Shown here piece by piece: positions 54,887-57,114 of a stretch of 57,114 nt of DNA (within the stretch, counting starts at the first letter, position 1; the number at the start of each line of letters is the position of its first letter). The translations under genes and the position numbers were made by a program. The stretch is from an uncultured Acidobacteriota bacterium (GTDB lineage Bacteria; Acidobacteriota; Terriglobia; Terriglobales; Acidobacteriaceae), in the NCBI GenBank assembly GCA_903832475.1, contig CAILBQ010000461.1:1-57114 (forward strand), given 5' to 3'. The notes beneath the pieces are model-generated. The model ran no database searches and was not told the origin of the DNA. It saw nothing but the letters and a program-made list of their open reading frames with translations.

Positions 54887-55873
54887 ATGGAATTTCCTTT
54901 GGTTCGGATGCGGCGGATGCGGCGCACGGAAGCGCTGCGTAGTTTGGTTCGCGAAACGCGGTTGGAGCCGGGACAGCTGATTTATCCGCTGTTTGTTTGC
55001 CCCGGTGAGGGTGTGCGCAAGGCGATCGGGTCGATGCCAGGAGTCTTCAACCTGAGCGTCGATGAAGCAGTCAAAGAGGCGGAAGAGGCTGCGCAGCTGG
55101 GGCTGGGCGGCCTTCTTTTGTTTGGCCTTCCCGAGAGCAAAGATGAGCAGGGATCGGGCGCCTACGACGATGCCGGGATTGTGCAGACGGCGCTGCGTGC
55201 GCTCAAGCAGACCTCCGCGGCGAAGAAGCTGGTGCTGATTGCCGATGTCTGCCTGTGCGAATACACCAGCCATGGGCACTGCGGGATGATTGCCGAGACG
55301 ACGTATGGGCACGAGATCGAGAACGATTCGTCGATTGAGCTGCTGGGACGGGCGGCGGTGAGTTTGGCCGAGGCGGGCGCGGACGTGGTGGCTCCCAGCG
55401 ACATGATGGATGGCCGGGTGGGGGCGATTCGCGAGGCGCTGGATGAGAATGGCCTGGAGCAGACGCCGATCCTCAGCTATGCGAGCAAGTTTGCGTCGGC
55501 GTTTTATGGGCCGTTTCGCGAGGCGGCGGATTCAGCTCCGCAGTTTGGCGACCGCAAGAGCTACCAGATGGATGGAGCCAATGTTCGAGAAGCCATGCGG
55601 GAGATCGAGCAGGACCTGGGGGAAGGCGCAGACATGATCCTGATGAAGCCGGCCATGCCGTACCTAGACGTGGTGCGGGCGGCCCGGGACCGGTTCGATG
55701 TGCCGATGGGCGCATACCAGGTGAGCGGGGAGTATTCGATGCTGCATGCGGCGTTTGAGCGCGGGTGGCTGGAGCCGGAGCGGGCCATGCTGGAGTCGCT
55801 GGTGGGGATTCGGCGGGCGGGGGCGGATTTTATCGTGACTTACTTTGCGAAGGATGCGGGGAGAGTGCTGTAA
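54887..55873 (+). CDS. hemB: Porphobilinogen synthase (delta-aminolevulinate dehydratase)
   Basis: [47 protein letters not shown]. Confidence 0.98.
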   Translation: MEFPLVRMRRMRRTEALRSLVRETRLEPGQLIYPLFVCPGEGVRKAIGSMPGVFNLSVDEAVKEAEEAAQLGLGGLLLFGLPESKDEQGSGAYDDAGIVQTALRALKQTSAAKKLVLIADVCLCEYTSHGHCGMIAETTYGHEIENDSSIELLGRAAVSLAEAGADVVAPSDMMDGRVGAIREALDENGLEQTPILSYASKFASAFYGPFREAADSAPQFGDRKSYQMDGANVREAMREIEQDLGEGADMILMKPAMPYLDVVRAARDRFDVPMGAYQVSGEYSMLHAAFERGWLEPERAMLESLVGIRRAGADFIVTYFAKDAGRVL

Positions 55874-55909
55874 GGGCAGGGACTGAGGGACAAAGAACGG
55901 AGCGGCTAA

Positions 55910-56329
55910 TTGGCGTATACGGTTCGGGGCTTTGGGGCAATGCATTATGGGCGGTGCGATTTTCGCCCCGATGGGTCGTATGTGACGACGCTTTGGTTTG
56001 TCGTTTTCTATCTCCCGGTAATTCCGCTTCGAAGCTTACGGATGCGGAAGACAGGCCGCGTGAAGTACTACGGGATCCGGCCGCGAAGCGAGGTTGAGGT
56101 GCTGGAGAGGACCAAGCCGCATGGAAAACAGGTCTTGCGGACGTATGCGTTCTTTGCGGCAGGGTTGGCGATTTTCTTAACGGCCGCACTGGAGCATGTG
56201 TACTGGTTGGCTGCTCCTGGTGCGATTTTGGTGGCGCTCCCATGGCTGTTGCGGAATAGGGCCCTCGACCGGGTCAAGGCATCGGTTGAGAGAAAGAAGA
56301 TGGGATTCACGGCGGAGTTGCCGGATTGA
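55910..56329 (+). CDS. Hypothetical membrane protein
   Basis: G-x-G-x-x-x-YG...SYVTTLWFVVFYLPVIPL-x-S-x-R; two C-terminal TM segments. Confidence 0.6.
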   Translation: MAYTVRGFGAMHYGRCDFRPDGSYVTTLWFVVFYLPVIPLRSLRMRKTGRVKYYGIRPRSEVEVLERTKPHGKQVLRTYAFFAAGLAIFLTAALEHVYWLAAPGAILVALPWLLRNRALDRVKASVERKKMGFTAELPD

Positions 56330-56366
56330 GCGGCGAACTGAGCCGATCTTGGCCAGCCTCCTTCGT

Positions 56367-57113
56367 TCACGCTGACTTTTCGATGATGCTGGGGGGGTGT
56401 TGGGCGTATTCGGACCAGGAACCGTCGTAGAGGGCTGTTTTAGGCGCATCCAGGATTTCGAGGGCCAGGCTGAGGACGGCGGCGGTGACGCCGGAGCCGC
56501 AGGTGGTGGTGATGGGCTGGGCGGTGTCGATGCCTTTGGCGGCGAAGATTTCCCGTAGCTGAGTGGGAGATCTGAGGCGGCCCTTCTCTACGAGTTCAGT
56601 GAAGGGAAGGCTGGTGGCGCCGGGCATGTGGCCGGAGCTGAGACCTGCTCGTGGTTCGGGGGCGGCGCCGGAGAAGCGACCGGCAGAGCGGGCGTCGACG
56701 ATCTGGTGGTGGGTAGCGAGCTGATTTTGGAGCTGGGCGTAGCTGACGACAGCCTGCTCGTTGAGTCTGGCGTGAAAGGTGGCTGGAAGATGCGGCGGTG
56801 AGACGGGGCCGGACTCGGTGGGGAGACCGGCTTCTGTCCAGGCTTTTAGGCCGCCGTCGAGCATGTACACCTTCTGGGCTCCGAAGACGCGGAGCATCCA
56901 CCAGGCGCGGGGTGCGGAAAAGACACCTTCCTGCTCGTACACGACGATGATTGAGTCGTCCGAGACGCCGAGAGCGGACATGCTGGCGGAGAAAGCTTCG
57001 GGTGTGGGCAGCATGTGGGGCAGGGCCGTGGCGTGGTCGGAGATTTCGTCGATATCGAGAAAGCGGGCGCGGGGAATGTGGACGCCGAGGTAGCGGGCGT
57101 GGGTGTCGACGCG
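56367..57113 (-). CDS. sseA: 3-mercaptopyruvate sulfurtransferase (tandem rhodanese), 5' end beyond the window
   Basis: HIP-x-A-x-F-x-D, PHMLP, APRAWW, LDGG, DARS-x-x-RF, GHMPGA, CGSGVTA, YDGSWSEY. Confidence 0.9.
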   Translation of the reverse strand, partial: RVDTHARYLGVHIPRARFLDIDEISDHATALPHMLPTPEAFSASMSALGVSDDSIIVVYEQEGVFSAPRAWWMLRVFGAQKVYMLDGGLKAWTEAGLPTESGPVSPPHLPATFHARLNEQAVVSYAQLQNQLATHHQIVDARSAGRFSGAAPEPRAGLSSGHMPGATSLPFTELVEKGRLRSPTQLREIFAAKGIDTAQPITTTCGSGVTAAVLSLALEILDAPKTALYDGSWSEYAQHPPSIIEKSA

Positions 57114-57114
57114 A

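Noticed and set aside
1-57114. Frequent GGGNAGGG (KOPS-like) octamers on the plus strand
   Set aside because: Expected from the strong G skew; enrichment cannot be judged without a background model

Overview
GC-rich chromosomal segment, most likely from an Acidobacteriota genome (Terriglobia/Acidobacteriaceae-like). The lineage call rests on PadR regulators paired with duplicated orphan permeases (ADOP), a VWA protein, a DUF3857 transglutaminase-TPR protein and the style of the intergenic repeats. About 47 coding regions are supportable. Housekeeping: mutS2, hemB, folK, an sseA-like sulfurtransferase and a ROK kinase. Secreted hydrolases: GH13, GH44, tannase/feruloyl esterase and an S9 peptidase. 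Also present: a TonB-dependent receptor, a large membrane-split patatin-like protein and several uncharacterised secreted or membrane proteins. The most interesting structure is a set of three PadR/permease modules with readable operator-like palindromes. One is a divergent unit of ABC ATPase and permease versus PadR and a Cys/His-tailed membrane partner. Also notable are an FG-GAP protein/outer-membrane barrel pair with a short C-terminal beta motif, several genes truncated or damaged by deletion or frameshift, and five families of REP-like palindromes, with all copies of each multi-copy family in one orientation on the G-rich strand. I recognised no rRNA, tRNA, CRISPR array, transposase or integrase. 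Product calls come from motif recognition by eye; no database searches were run.
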